This document shows, piece after piece, positions 25,985 to 38,250 of a stretch of DNA of 64,000 nucleotides. This DNA is from Haliotis rubra (Eukaryota), in the NCBI RefSeq assembly GCF_003918875.1, contig NW_025767197.1:124001-188000 (forward strand). The letters are read 5' to 3'. Numbering within the stretch: the first letter of the stretch is position 1; each line of letters begins with the position of its first letter. The translations under genes and the position numbers were made by a program. The notes beneath the pieces were generated by a model. It was not told where the DNA came from and searched no databases. It saw only the letters and a program-made list of their open reading frames with translations.

Positions 25985-26440
25985 TGTAAAAGCAGACTCT
26001 CGGTTAACGTTTGGTTTCAACTTGAAAACATGTACATTTATGTCAAACCATGCGGTAGATATACACCATACATAAGTACGAATGTGTTCTCTACCTCTAG
26101 AAATGTTAAACAAGGACGCATGCATGTCACGAAATTTATTAGTCATGTAGCTTGAATTAGCTAATTGAAGAATTAGCTTCAGATATTGTTAAACATTATC
26201 ACAAAGTATTTTTTTCCCTATTGAAGAAATTGCCCTTTTACTATTTGCTGATAATGTCATAGTGTTTAGTGATACAGTTGTTAATCTTCAACGAATTGTA
26301 TCAGAGGAATATTACAAGTCGTGGGGTTATCTATGCTGTGTGAACTACCGAAGAACTATTTGGTTCGAGACATCAAAGCAAGCTTCCACTATGTTGTAAA
26401 AAACAAATGTTTCCAAAGCGTTTTCGTTACTTGTAAAGAT

Positions 26441-26725
26441 GACCCGTGAAGATCCGGCTTAGAATTGGTCTTCAGCAAACCAATGCTTGTCATAAGAGGA
26501 GACTAACATAAGAGACATAAGGACCACTCAGGGAATCTTGACCCAGATCAATTATTTTGCCGAAAGAAGTGCCACAGTGGGCATAAACCAACGGGATCGG
26601 GTGGTCAGGCTCGCTGACTTGGTTGACACATGTCATCGTATACCAATTGCGTTGATCGATGCTCATGACCCTCGCCATATGGTTGGAATATTGCTGGGTG
26701 CGGCGTTAAACAACAAACAAACAAA
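26441..26725 (+). mobile_element. SINE-like repeat, family B
   Basis: gacccgtgaagatccgg..atgcttgtcataagagg..cgggatcgggtggtcaggctcgctgacttgg; also found at 37472, 57245, 60062 and 60790. Confidence 0.8.
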
Positions 26726-26784
26726 TTTGTAAACATAACTAAGGACAGTCAAAACTTGGTATTCTATGGCACTGGCGTTGTATA

Positions 26785-27164
26785 ATTAATATTATTACCT
26801 TCGAGGGCGAACATATCGGGGTTCATATTTTTCATACGATGCCCTAGGTCAAAATACACTTTGTCATTGTGACGTGACGTCATGAACACTGCTATGACAT
26901 CACGTTTCTTCTGTGACGTTGCGTTCTACATGCGGCGACGGCGGGTAGCCAGTCTATGTTTGAAAGTAGATTTGGGTTTATTTTCCACAATTTGACCACT
27001 TCGGTAATAAACAGAATATTATATTCGTGCCCATATCATACTATGTTTACGACACTCGTGCCTAAATATCGGTATACCCCTCGCTCTCGCTCGGGAAATA
27101 CCAACATTCAGGCACTCGTGTCGTAAACATAGTAGAACATGGGCACTCATGTAATATCCTCTAT
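26785..27164 (-). mobile_element. Non-autonomous DNA element with a long internal hairpin (27027-27147)
   Basis: Arms tactatgtttacgacactcgtgcc / ggcactcgtgtcgtaaacatagta. The ATAGAGGATATTA end recalls Crypton-type elements (from memory). Confidence 0.45.
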
Positions 27165-27504
27165 ATACATTCAGAAAAGACAAAAACTATTATTTTCAAA
27201 AGAAGACGCTAATGATTTTAAAACGAAGAGTGAGTCCTATCAAGTAAACCAATAAAAGTCGTCTCCAATTACAAATACCAACATTTCATATTTTCAGTTG
27301 CTTGTGAAACCCTGGCTAAAAGGGCTGAAAATCCTGTGCCAGAAAAAGAAATAATTCATAGATATGAAAATTTGGATGTTAACACTTGTTTTGATATTTT
27401 GGATTGAAATATTCACCCCATACTAATGTAGGACAAAGAAGTATGGGCCATGAAAGAAAGTAAAGATATTGAAATTCTGTAAATACGTATTACGAGTAGC
27501 AACT

Positions 27505-27642
27505 CAGCAGCACTAGGATAATGTAGACGTCATTCTATATTTATACATTAGCAGCACTAGGATAATGTAGACGTCATTATATATTTATACATTAGCAACA
27601 CTAGGATAATGTAGACGTCATTATATATTTATACATTAGCAA
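27505..27642. repeat. 44-bp tandem repeat, 3 copies
   Basis: agcagcactaggataatgtagacgtcatt(c/a)tatatttatacatt. Confidence 0.9.
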
Positions 27643-27754
27643 CTGAGAGTAATTGACTTTTGGGTTAAAATAAAAAATATGAATTGCAACAGATATGTTA
27701 AACATTGTTGTTGTCTTCTGAACTTACATGATGACCTTGAGTACGTAAATTGGG

Positions 27755-28798
27755 CATCTGCAGTGAGAGTATTCTTATTTCCCCATGGTTTTGGTTTTGT
27801 CTAACTATCATCTAAACGGCGGTTGTTAGATGCATTCATCTGCAGTGAGAGTATTCTTATTTCCCCATGGTTTTGGTTTTGTCTAACTATCATCTAAACA
27901 ACGGTTGTTAGATGCATTCATCTGCAGTGGGAGTATTCTTATTTCCCCATGGTTTTGGTTTTGTCTAACTATCATCTAAACAACGGTTGTTAGATGCATT
28001 CATCTGCAGTGAGAGTATTCTTATTTCCCCATGGTTTTGGTTTTGTCTAACTATCATCTAAACGACGGTTGTTAGATGCATTCATCTGCAGTGAGAGTAT
28101 TCTTATTTCCCCATGGTTTTGGTTTTGTCTAACTATCATCTAAACAACGGTTGTTAGATGCATTGAGAGTATTCTTATTTCATGGCAGTGACGGTTGTTA
28201 GATGCATTCATCTGCAGTGGGAGTATTCTTATTGTCTAACTATCATCTAAACGACGGTTGTTAGATGCATTCATCTGCAGTGAGAGTATTCTTATTTCCC
28301 CATGGTTTTGGTTTTGTCTAACTATCATCTAAACAACGGTTGTTAGATGCATTCATCTGCAGTGAGAGTATTCTTATTTCCCCATGGTTTTGGTTCTGTC
28401 TAACTATCATCTAAACGACGGTTGTTAGATGCATTCATCTGCAGTGAGAGTATTCTTATTTCCCCATGGTTTTGGTTATTCCCCATGGTTTTGGTATTCT
28501 TATTTTTGTGTCTAACTATCAACTATCATCTGCAGTGAGGCGGTTTTGGTTGTCTAACTATCATTCATCTGCAGTGCATTCATCTGAGAGTATTCTTATT
28601 TCCCCATGGTTTGGTTATCATCCGGTTTGTTAGATGCCATGGTTTTGGTTTTGGTCTAACTATCATCTAAAACGACGATGTTGTTGCAGTGAGAGATGCA
28701 TTCATCTGCGGTTGTGAGAGTATTCATCTCTTATTCTTACCCCATGGTTTTGGTTTTGTCTAACTATCATCTAACCAACGGTTGTTAGATGCATTCAT
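27755..28798. repeat. 82-bp tandem repeat, about 12 copies, scrambled distally
   Basis: catctgcagtgagagtattcttatttccccatggttttggttttgtctaactatcatctaaacaacggttgttagatgcatt. Confidence 0.93.
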
Positions 28799-29493
28799 TT
28801 AAGACAGCATCATGATCTTATCTTTGTCCGCATAGTGTTCATTCAAATCATTGTTGAATACTGAATATATTAGATTTGTCCGGATAAGAAGAGCTTTAAC
28901 CAAGTTGAGATGCTGTTCAAACAACTTTATAATTAAGGAATGTAAAAACACGTAGAAAATTATAATCCGTTAGACCAGCTATGTCTATGTTATGCAGAAG
29001 GATGACTATTATGTGTTGTTTTTTATGCCCACGTTATGCTGATATTCAAAAGCAGTATTTGAATATGTGCCTAACAAGCACTTATCAATCTGTTAACAAA
29101 GACAAAAATTAATACTATATTCCGTTTAACTGTATTTGTGCATAAAGTATTTACATTGGAGCTTAGTTATATATATACGTATAAAATATGAAAACAGTGT
29201 TGTGGCCTCCTGGCTCTGAAATACAACAAACTTCTGTTCTGTTTTATATGTGTGCACAGATAAATGCAAAAGTTGTATATACGAATATTTCACCAGAAAC
29301 ACATTTTCGTATAGCAGTGTATTCTGTAATCCAGCATTTCTATATCTGAATTGATTTCCTGATGATATTGGTTTTCGTAAAGCATGAGCTCAGATTTTCG
29401 CTAACACCGAGTGTCGTCAATATTTGATAGAGACTCACAAACACATCCTCATGGTATAGTCGGAATCGTACAAAGACTCTGCTCTTGGGAGAT

Positions 29494-29653
29494 AGGGGCG
29501 GTGGAATAGCCTAGTGGTTAAAGCGTTCGCTCGTCACGCCGGTTCGATTTACCATTTGGGTACAATGCGTGAAGGCCATTTCTGGTGTCCCCCGCTGTGA
29601 TATTACTGGAATATTGCCCAAAATGGGCGTAAAACTAAACTCCTCACTCACTC
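29494..29653 (+). mobile_element. tRNA-derived SINE, family A
   Basis: Consensus match. Confidence 0.8.
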
Positions 29654-29935
29654 TTGGCAGATATTTCTTACGGATGAGGAATATGGAAATGGTTTTGTCA
29701 TTTATACGGTCATTCAAAATTTACTTTTTCCTACAACCTATGTCAGTTGACAAACGTTTGAATTTGGTATAAATAATATCTTATAAATTTAATATTAAAT
29801 AGTATAGCCACCGAAACTCTGTTACAGATTCTTATCGCCTGAAATATGGCACATTCTCAAAGTTCTTACTAACGCGCTTGAGCATTGCATAATTGTCATT
29901 GTCTTCACCATCCCCAGAGTTACAGCCTGTTGTGC

Positions 29936-30027
29936 TATCTTATCTCCTTAAACATGACACACTCTCACAGCTATGAATGAGTCAACAGATTTCTTTTCAC
30001 ATTTCGTCATCAGGCTAACATATATAA
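29936..30027 (+). promoter_or_regulatory. Paralog 2 promoter: GATA/Fox-like module and TATA box
   Basis: tatcttatctccttaaacatg at 29936-29956; TATATAA at 30021, 44 nt before the ATG as in paralogs 3-5. Confidence 0.6.
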
Positions 30028-30064
30028 ATAAATGTCAATCATCTTCTTCAAATCAACCAGAACA

Positions 30065-33000
30065 ATGCTGCTGTCAACACCAACATTGCTTCTGGTCCTT
30101 GCTTACATGCAACTTGCGCTGTCCAGCAACCAAAACTCCCTCCATGGCATCGCCTACATCTCCGTGACGACAGACAACATGACGGCGTCTACGCAGTTCT
30201 ACACCCAGGTTATGGGAGGGATGCTGGTGCCAGATTTGGCCTTCACCTTCAGCGGAGATTCTCACTACTACCGGATGTTCCAGAAGGAGATTCTGGACGC
30301 CAGAACACAAGGGGTTGACCCTGCCCAGCTGGGAGTACCGGATATAAGGGATAAGGGTACTTATGAGGTCAGTACATTGGCAATGGAGGTATTCATGAGG
30401 TCAGTACATTGGCAATGGAGGTATTCATGAGGTCAGTACATTGGCAATGGAGGTATTCATGAGGTCAGTACATTGGCAATGGAGGTATTCATGAGGTCAG
30501 TACATTGGCAATGGAGGTATTCATGAGTGAGTGAGTGAGTTAATATTTAACGTCACATCGGCAATATTTCAGCCATATCGTGACGAGGAGGTATTCATGA
30601 GGTCGGTACATTGGCAATGGAGGTATTTAAGAGGTCAGTACATTGGCAATGGAGGTATTCATGAGGTCAGTACATTGACAATGGAGGTATTCATGAGGTC
30701 AGTACATTGGCAATGGAGGTATTCATGAGGTCAGTACATTGACAATGGAGGTATTCATAAGGTCAGTACATTGGCAATGGAGGTATTCATGAGGTCAGTA
30801 CATTGACAATGGAGGTATTCATAAGGTCAGTACATTGGCAATGGAGGTATTCATAAGGTCAGTACATTGAGAATGGAGGTATTCATAAGGTGAGTACATT
30901 GACAATGGAGGTATTCATAAGGTCAGTACATTGGCAATGGAGGTATTCATGAGGTCAGTACATTGACAATGGAGGTATTCATAAGGTCAGTACATTGACA
31001 ATGGAGGTATTCATGAGGTCAGTACATTGACAATGGAGGTATTCATAAGGTGAGTACATTGACAATGGAGGTATTCATAAGGTCAGTACATTGGCAATGG
31101 AGGTATTCATGAGGTCAGTACATTGACAAAGGAGGTATTCATAAGGTCAGTACATTGACAATGGAGGTATTCATAAGGTCAGTACATTGAGAATGGAGGT
31201 ATTCATAAGGTCAGTACATTGACAATGGAGGTATTCATGAGGTCAGTACATTGACAATGGAGGTATTCATAAGGTCAGTACATTGGCAATGGAGGTATTC
31301 ATGAGGTCAGTACATTGACAATGGAGGTATTCATGAGGTCAGTACATTGACAATGGAGGTATTCATAAGGTCAGTACATTGAGAATGGAGGTATTCATAA
31401 GGTGAGTACATTGACAATGGAGGTATTCATGAGGTCAGTACATTGGCAATGGAGGTATTAATGAGGTCAGTACATTGACAATGGAGGTATTCATGAGATC
31501 AGTACATTGACAATGGAGGTATTCATGAGGTCAGTACATTGACAATGGAGTCAGTATTCATGAGGTCAGTACATTGTACACAATGGAGGTATTCATGAGG
31601 TCAGTACATTGACAATGGAGGTATTCATGAGGTCAGTACATTGACAATGGAGGTATTCATGAGGTCAGTACATTGACAATGGAGGTATTCATGAGGTCAG
31701 TACATTGGCAATGGAGGTATCCATGAGGTCAGTACATTGACAATGGAGGTATTCATAAGGTCAGTAAATTGAGCAGTTGATTTCAGGCTCTACAGGATTG
31801 CTCGACTCGGTAATGATGTCTCAACCGTCAAATGACTGTAAATGGGGTGACTTTGTCTCCCATGTCTACGGCTGTGGATACTGCTTTTACTTTTCCCATT
31901 TCAATCGATGTTGGAGGTGTGCCAGTTGAATCTGTCAAGCTGTTGCAAGGGGAGGTTGTTCTGATGGCGGGGATGCGTTGTACTTCCTGTTTGCTGAATG
32001 GACTGTGGAGTCCCTCCCTCGGGCAGCTCATGAGCATGCTCTCATTCCTGTAAACTCGTGGCATTGTCTTAAATCGCCGGTGTCCGCTTGATGCCCATGT
32101 ATTTTCATTTTGAAGAACAGTTTGTTCTGGTAATTTCAATGAGGGAAGACGTGTTTTCGTGTTTTTGTCCACTTCCAGAAACACCAGCACTCGTCTTTAT
32201 GTTGTATTTCAAGTGTTTACCAGTTCATAAATATCTGTTCATGTCTAAAGACATTATCCTGACAAAAACTCTTAAATATCTCAAAGATATTCTTTTGTTA
32301 AATTGTGCCAATAACTTGCACTAATCTGATTTTTCGATTAGTTGTGTACAAATCAGAAATAACTGTTTTTTATACCATAAATACATGCATAGATATTTGC
32401 CGAATAACTATTCGATGACCTTTTACGTACATGTCGCTGTAGTCTTAAGCAAAAACACTTTTAATATTAAATATAAACAGGAGATGATGTCGTGTCATCA
32501 AAACGTCTTACCAGTTAAGAACGTTCCCTCGGTGTGTTGGGAGATTATGATATTTTAAATTGAAATAATATCTATACACATTAAAATATAAAGATATTGT
32601 ATCAGTGACTCGGTGTAAATGTATATGTATTTGTATTTGAAGGTGCGGGGGAACTTCATCATCTTTGATAACAGCATTATCCAGCTGGTAGAGTATGTTG
32701 AAAAATCAACGTCGTCTGTGTTCGACATGCGTGACCGTCGCACCAGCTCCGCCTACATTGGAGCCGCAATGGCATGCTTCTGGGTCAAGGACGACGTGGA
32801 TTTCAACCACTACATCGCTGAACTGGAAAGAAGATCACGTAATTTGGGTTTTGATCAGGTTAAGGTCAACAGACCAGTCACAGTTCACAATGAGGCTGAA
32901 CGACTAGCCGTACCTGAGAAACAACTTGGCATTACTTTCGACAGTGGACCCTTTGACGGTTTATCAATGGCATTTTTTAAAGGTCCTAGGGGAGAGCGAC

Positions 33001-33890
33001 TGGAACTGAACCGAATTACAAAAACATACAAGTATTATCTTGGCAGTGAATACTGCCAACGCCAAGGGGTGGCGACAGCCCTCTTGAACAATCACCCTGA
33101 CAATCGATGGAAAAAAGCTGCCGGAGTCAGTGGTCAGACTTATGGGATATTCGAGTTTGCTGTAAGAACAGATGATCTTCAAAAGTCCGTCGACTTCTAC
33201 ACACAGGTCCTTGGTACAGACCTGGTTCGTAAACCTCTGGTGGGAGTCGGTCTTCAAGGAGATGATGTTGAAAACATGTTGTTCCAGAAAGAGATCCTTG
33301 ATGCCGAATCTTGGGGAGTTGACATTGGACAAATAGGGGTTCCAAACATTTCTCTGGCAGGATCTGGCAGAAGTGATCTTAGGTTTAACCTGTTTGATAA
33401 TCACGTAGTGAAGAATGTCGAGTATACTGCTGGAAAATCTTTGTCAGATCCCAAGTTCAATCCCAGATACAACTGGAGCAGTCCCGCCTACATCAACAAC
33501 ATGCACGTCGCCTTCTTCGTTGACTCCAACGTTGATCTAAACAAATTCCTACAGAACGCAGAGCAAAAGGCTGCCAGGAATAAGTTCACGGAGTTTAAGA
33601 TCAATAGAGCAGTTGATGTGCAGACATTAGGAGCTAGCGTTCCTGCAGCACAGTACAGTGAAGAGTTCACTGATGGACCTCTGAAAGGTTTCAACTACGT
33701 GTATGCTAAGGGCCCAGCAGGGGAACAGCAATCCTTTGTTCAGTTCAAGGGTCCAGCGGAAGCCAAACTGAAGTCAGCCCTGTTAAAGTATTCGGCAGTC
33801 AACACAGCCTTCAAGGAGACGAATCCGTGGTTGAAAAAAGAATACGACGCGTATTGTTCTAAATATTCTAGCAAACCCGTTGTTGGCTAA
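30065..33890 (+). CDS. Secreted two-domain VOC/glyoxalase-like protein, paralog 2; join(30065..30367,32643..33890), 516 aa
   Basis: Signal-peptide-like MLLSTPTLLLVLAYMQLALS; phase-0 GAG|GTCAGT ... AAG|GTG intron; AATAAA at 33904. Confidence 0.88.
30365..31766 (+). repeat. 32-bp minisatellite GAGGTCAGTACATTG(G/A)CAATGGAGGTATTCAT, about 40 copies, starting at the splice donor
   Basis: The first unit overlaps the exon 1 donor. Confidence 0.97.
30528..30586 (-). mobile_element. Very short 5'-truncated retroposed LINE 3' tail with 15-bp TSD
   Basis: Matches the reverse complement of 9250-9310; TSD ggaggtattcatgag at 30513-30527 and 30587-30601. Confidence 0.8.
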
Positions 33891-35437
33891 ACTTTCATTC
33901 AGAAATAAAGTTGATCAATTAGATGCAATGACGTGTTTGTATTTTAACATTGTCACTTGGTGAGGTATAACCTCGGGCTGGTTTGTATACCCAACAATCT
34001 TGGGTGGAATAATCCCATTTCCTGGCATGAACTGACAAAACTATCGAGCCACCTGTTTCTATGCATCCAGCAGAAATGGATCCCCAGCACTTCCGTCTTT
34101 TCAAGTACTCGACCAAATGTATTCTGTTGGACATGCTTCTTGTTTTGTGCGTCAGGTTACCCTGACAAATCCTGTATAATACACGTGCTTTCAAATGAAT
34201 TTATTTGGTGCTTAGTACATTTTGTCTTCAAGAAACTGCTTCTGCACATGTAAAAGCAGTGTGTGTTGAACATTGTCAATTAGCCATGAAACAAAGCCAC
34301 AATCACCAACTTATTTTGTTAAGTTGCAGAAATTCTATACCTGGAAGATCTATGTCTGGTAATTGGTTCAGGACATCTGAAGTTTCTCGCTATGATCCCT
34401 TTGGTGACATTGTGGGGTCACTCACATTGCCGAACAGATTGCAGTTGCAATGAAAATGTGTTAACACTCAGACGGCGGCTGCTTTACAGGAAAAGATTTA
34501 GCACAAAGTCAAATATTCTTGCCTTCTTTCCCAAGGACACATGTCTCTGTTCAGATGAAGAATCTGTGATATATATAGCTATTCATAACATCCTTTCCTG
34601 GTTGGCTGGGTGTTCTTGAACCTGGAGGTTAGGTGTTCATGATCCTTGTGGGTAGGTGTTCATGGGCATCGTTGGCTGGATGTCCTTCTGTCTCATGGTT
34701 ACGTGTTCATGGGTCTCGTTTACTGAGTGTCCTCGAGTCTGGTGGCTAGGTGGTCTCGGGCCTCGTTGGCTGGGTGTCCTTGAGCCTGGTGGTTGAGACT
34801 GGTGTCTATGGATTGTGTTGTAGTATTATGTACGTGGTTTGGTGTGGTGTGTGTGCATGTTGGGTAGAAGAGTGCGCATGTGTAGTTGTGTGGTAGTGTG
34901 TGATGGAGTGAGTATGTGTGTGGTCCGTTTTGATAACATACACTATTGGACAAGGATGCACCAATCAGGTGCATGAGCCGACGAGCACCCATACACACGT
35001 ATATATTTGTGGATGCTTCTCAAAGACACAGACATGCACACACAGAGACATATACATAAGGATACATACTACATGCTCTAAAGAGAAAATACCCTATATT
35101 ATTAACAGTGAACTGGATCCTGGGTAAGTGAGTTGGGTTTTACGCCGCTTTTAGTAATATTCCAGCATTATTATAGTGGTGGACACAAGAAATGAGCTTC
35201 GCATATTACAAATGCTGTAACCACTAGAGTACCACCTCCCAATCATAATCTTGAAAAACTGTGGTAAAGTACATATGTGTTGTTTGGGATCACTTGGATT
35301 CACTGTTACGTTTCTGTGATGAAGTCAAGTCTTTATTTCAAACTGTACATCGCATTGTTACCTTCAGCATCTTTACATTGTAATGATAACATTTAGATTA
35401 GGGCGAAAAAAGCAGTGAAAGTTACATTGTTTTACGA

Positions 35438-35575
35438 CTGACTGAGTTTGGCTTTACGCCGCTTTTAGCAATATTCCAGCAACATCACGGCGGGGGACAC
35501 CACAAATGGGCTTCACACGTTGTACCCATGTGGGGATTCGAACCCGCTTTAACCACTAGACTACCCCACCGCCCC
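35438..35575 (-). mobile_element. tRNA-derived SINE, family A, with 13-bp TSD
   Basis: TSD cattgttttacga at 35425-35437 and 35576-35588. Confidence 0.88.
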
Positions 35576-36039
35576 CATTGTTTTACGAATAGAAAAAGCA
35601 TAATAATGTTTAGGCATACTACGTTATAGATAGTAACTGATATATCATGTCTACGAACACAATCATTTGGAAGCTATCACATTGTAAAAGTTTCAAGCAT
35701 TTATGGACGCTAATCACATTTCAGCACAGTATCACACTTCAAAGACATAACTGCAAAATGTGCAATGTTGTTTATGTCATTTACACACAATGTGAAACCC
35801 AAGTGAGTTTAATAACTGATGCAGCTTTGAAAAACTAGTCAAATTATGTATGGTAATTCCAAGATGGTTTGAAATATATGGTCATTCTTTAGTGGCAAGA
35901 CTTCAAGATAGTATGCAATGTAGTGTATCTTTCTTTAGCTGACATATCTCTCATGGCCAAAAAATCTGTCGGGACACATTACCATGAATGAACGTTTAAC
36001 AGGTCCGGTGAAACATCTTATAGCTTGTCCAGTTGTAAG

Positions 36040-36520
36040 TATCCTAAAAATCCTAACAATGCCAGCTGCTTGTGTATTTGTTAGATCCCTAGTGCTATCG
36101 AAGTTGGATTATTGCAACAATGCCTACTACGGATTGTCAGAAACACTCATCTTAAAACTACAAAGAGTAGAGCAGCTCGCATTGTCAATTGTCCAAAAGA
36201 GAACATATCTCTCCAACACCCTGGAACAAGCTGCCACTCGAACTCAGACTATCAACATCCCTTGACTCCTTCAAATGTGACTTTCCCCCGCCGTGATATT
36301 GCTGGAATATTGCTAAAAGTCAGTCAGTCAAATGTGACTTGAAAATATTCCTCTTCAGAAAATATGACAGTGTTTAAGAAACATATCCTGAAAAGTTTCA
36401 ACCTTTTTATGTACAAATGTTTTATGTGTTGTAGCACTCCAATCACCTTTATATGTAGCGCTTTGAGCATACAGTTTTGTATGGAATCCAGCGAGGTATA
36501 AATACACATATCATTATTAT
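36040..36520 (+). mobile_element. L2/CR1-like LINE 3' fragment
   Basis: VRSLVLSKLDYCN..YYGL..KLQRV motif. Confidence 0.65.
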
Positions 36521-36817
36521 GTGGTGACCATGATCATAGGTGATGCACTGATACACTTGAATTATTGATAGAAGACAGTAGATTTCTGCACATTCCTCTG
36601 ACTTTGGTACAATACAAGTTCACGTGTTGTTGACGTGGCTGGACAAACTGTGGCTTTGGAGATCTCAGGAAATATAACAAGTGTAATTTAAGATAGGTGT
36701 AGATGTCATCCCGTTGGTATTCTTAAAGCATTCATATTGGCATGATCATACTGTGCTTTCTCTACCTTATACACACATTTGTTATACTGCTGGTAATATG
36801 AGGGACGGAAAGAAAAC

Positions 36818-36930
36818 TCACTAAACATGCACTAGGTATGGCTGACCTATTTTAATTCACTAAACATGCACTAGGTATGGCTGACCTATTTTAATTCACT
36901 AAACATGCACTAGGTATAGCTGACCTATTT
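36818..36930. repeat. 39-bp tandem repeat, 3 copies
   Basis: tcactaaacatgcactaggtatggctgacctattttaat. Confidence 0.9.
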
Positions 36931-37471
36931 TCTATGCAATTTCTGTCATCTTTATTCTCTGATCATTGTCAGACAAAGTTCCATCCTTCACCAAGTAAGT
37001 TGTAGCACTCTTTCACAATTCCTTGCCTAGGCAAATTGCCTATCAACTTATTTTGGAAACGTGACCATTGCTGTAGTGACATACTACCATCATCGTCTGT
37101 ATCGCTATAATCACGCCTTGGTATTATACTGCTATTTGTACTGACACTCTGTTTTGTACTACTACTGTAATACCTTTGCAGTGATTTATATTAATATAGT
37201 TCATTTTTGAATACAGTTGTTAATTACATCCCATCTCTTTGTAGTTTATTGGTTTCACACCAAGTTATCTTAGTGACCGTACCAGTTTCAACTAGAAATC
37301 AACACGTAACAGCATGCTCTTACCAGTTAGCCACTGCTTAACTGCTTTTACATAGATTTGTATCTGGTTGTTTCACTGGAGAAGACTTGAATTTGATGAT
37401 GTGCTTGGCACCTGATTGATGTTTCGTGCAGACGTATGCTGCATGATTGTGCAGTGGTTGTGTAGGTGTGT

Positions 37472-37705
37472 GTGTTTGTTTAACGCCGCACTCAGCAATA
37501 TTCCAGCTATATGGCGGCGGTCTGTAAATAATCCAGTCTGGGCCAGACAATCCAGTGATCTACAGCATGAGCAACGATCTAGGCAATTAGGATACGATGG
37601 CATGTGTCAACCAAGTCATCGAGCCTGACCACCAGATCCCGTTAGTCGCTTCTTACGACAAGCATGGGTTACTGAAGACCAATTCTAATCCGGGTCTTCA
37701 TGGGA
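37472..37705 (-). mobile_element. SINE-like repeat, family B
   Basis: Reverse complement of the 60062-60298 sequence. Confidence 0.82.
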
Positions 37706-38122
37706 TGGTTCTATGAGTATGGATATAGTAAACTGAATACACGCAAACTGTTACACCTGTGCTATACATCCTTTGCCAAAGAGCATCCAATCTGTTCATA
37801 TATTTTATAGATGTTAAAAATTTCTTTGATGTGGTATTTTTCTGGTTATAACGGACGAGTGTGGTAGGACATATGAAAGAAATTATTCACAAAATGAACT
37901 TTATAGTATCAATCAAACCCTTTGTCCTACCACATACTTATATTGTCATAAGTATTAATTTTGTACTCTTACTAAATTTCAAGATGAAAACGTAAAGTCA
38001 TTGACACGTTGTATTACACTTTCTGCTTCTACCTTTATCAGCTTAAACATGGCAGATTCCCACATTTTTTCATAACAAGCCGTAATATAGCATTTGTCTA
38101 CATCTCGTGTGTTACAATCCAC

Positions 38123-38213
38123 CATCTTATCGCCTAAAATATGCTACTTTCTCACAGTCTTCATGACGATTCAACAATCGTTCCGTTTTTCGTCACCAGG
38201 CCAACATATATAA
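38123..38213 (+). promoter_or_regulatory. Paralog 3 promoter: GATA/Fox-like module and TATA box
   Basis: catcttatcgcctaaaatatg; TATATAA at 38207, 44 nt before the ATG. Confidence 0.6.
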
Positions 38214-38250
38214 GTGAATGTCAATCATCTGCCTCACATCAACTAGAATA

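Larger units (their letters stand above)
26150..29200 (+). mobile_element. Highly decayed LINE RT 3' region, interrupted by a SINE, a hairpin element and tandem repeats
   Basis: LLFADNVIVFSD at about 26238; IHPILM..EVW and NWASAVR..FPHGFG remnants. Confidence 0.55.

Noticed and set aside
30531-30728. Short ORFs within minisatellites, SINEs, N gaps and antisense to the VOC exons
   Set aside because: By-products of repeats or of the opposite-strand coding sequence.
31770-32250. Minus-strand 120-aa ORF in the paralog 2 intron
   Set aside because: Probably a retrotransposon ORF1-type remnant; no diagnostic motif to support a call.
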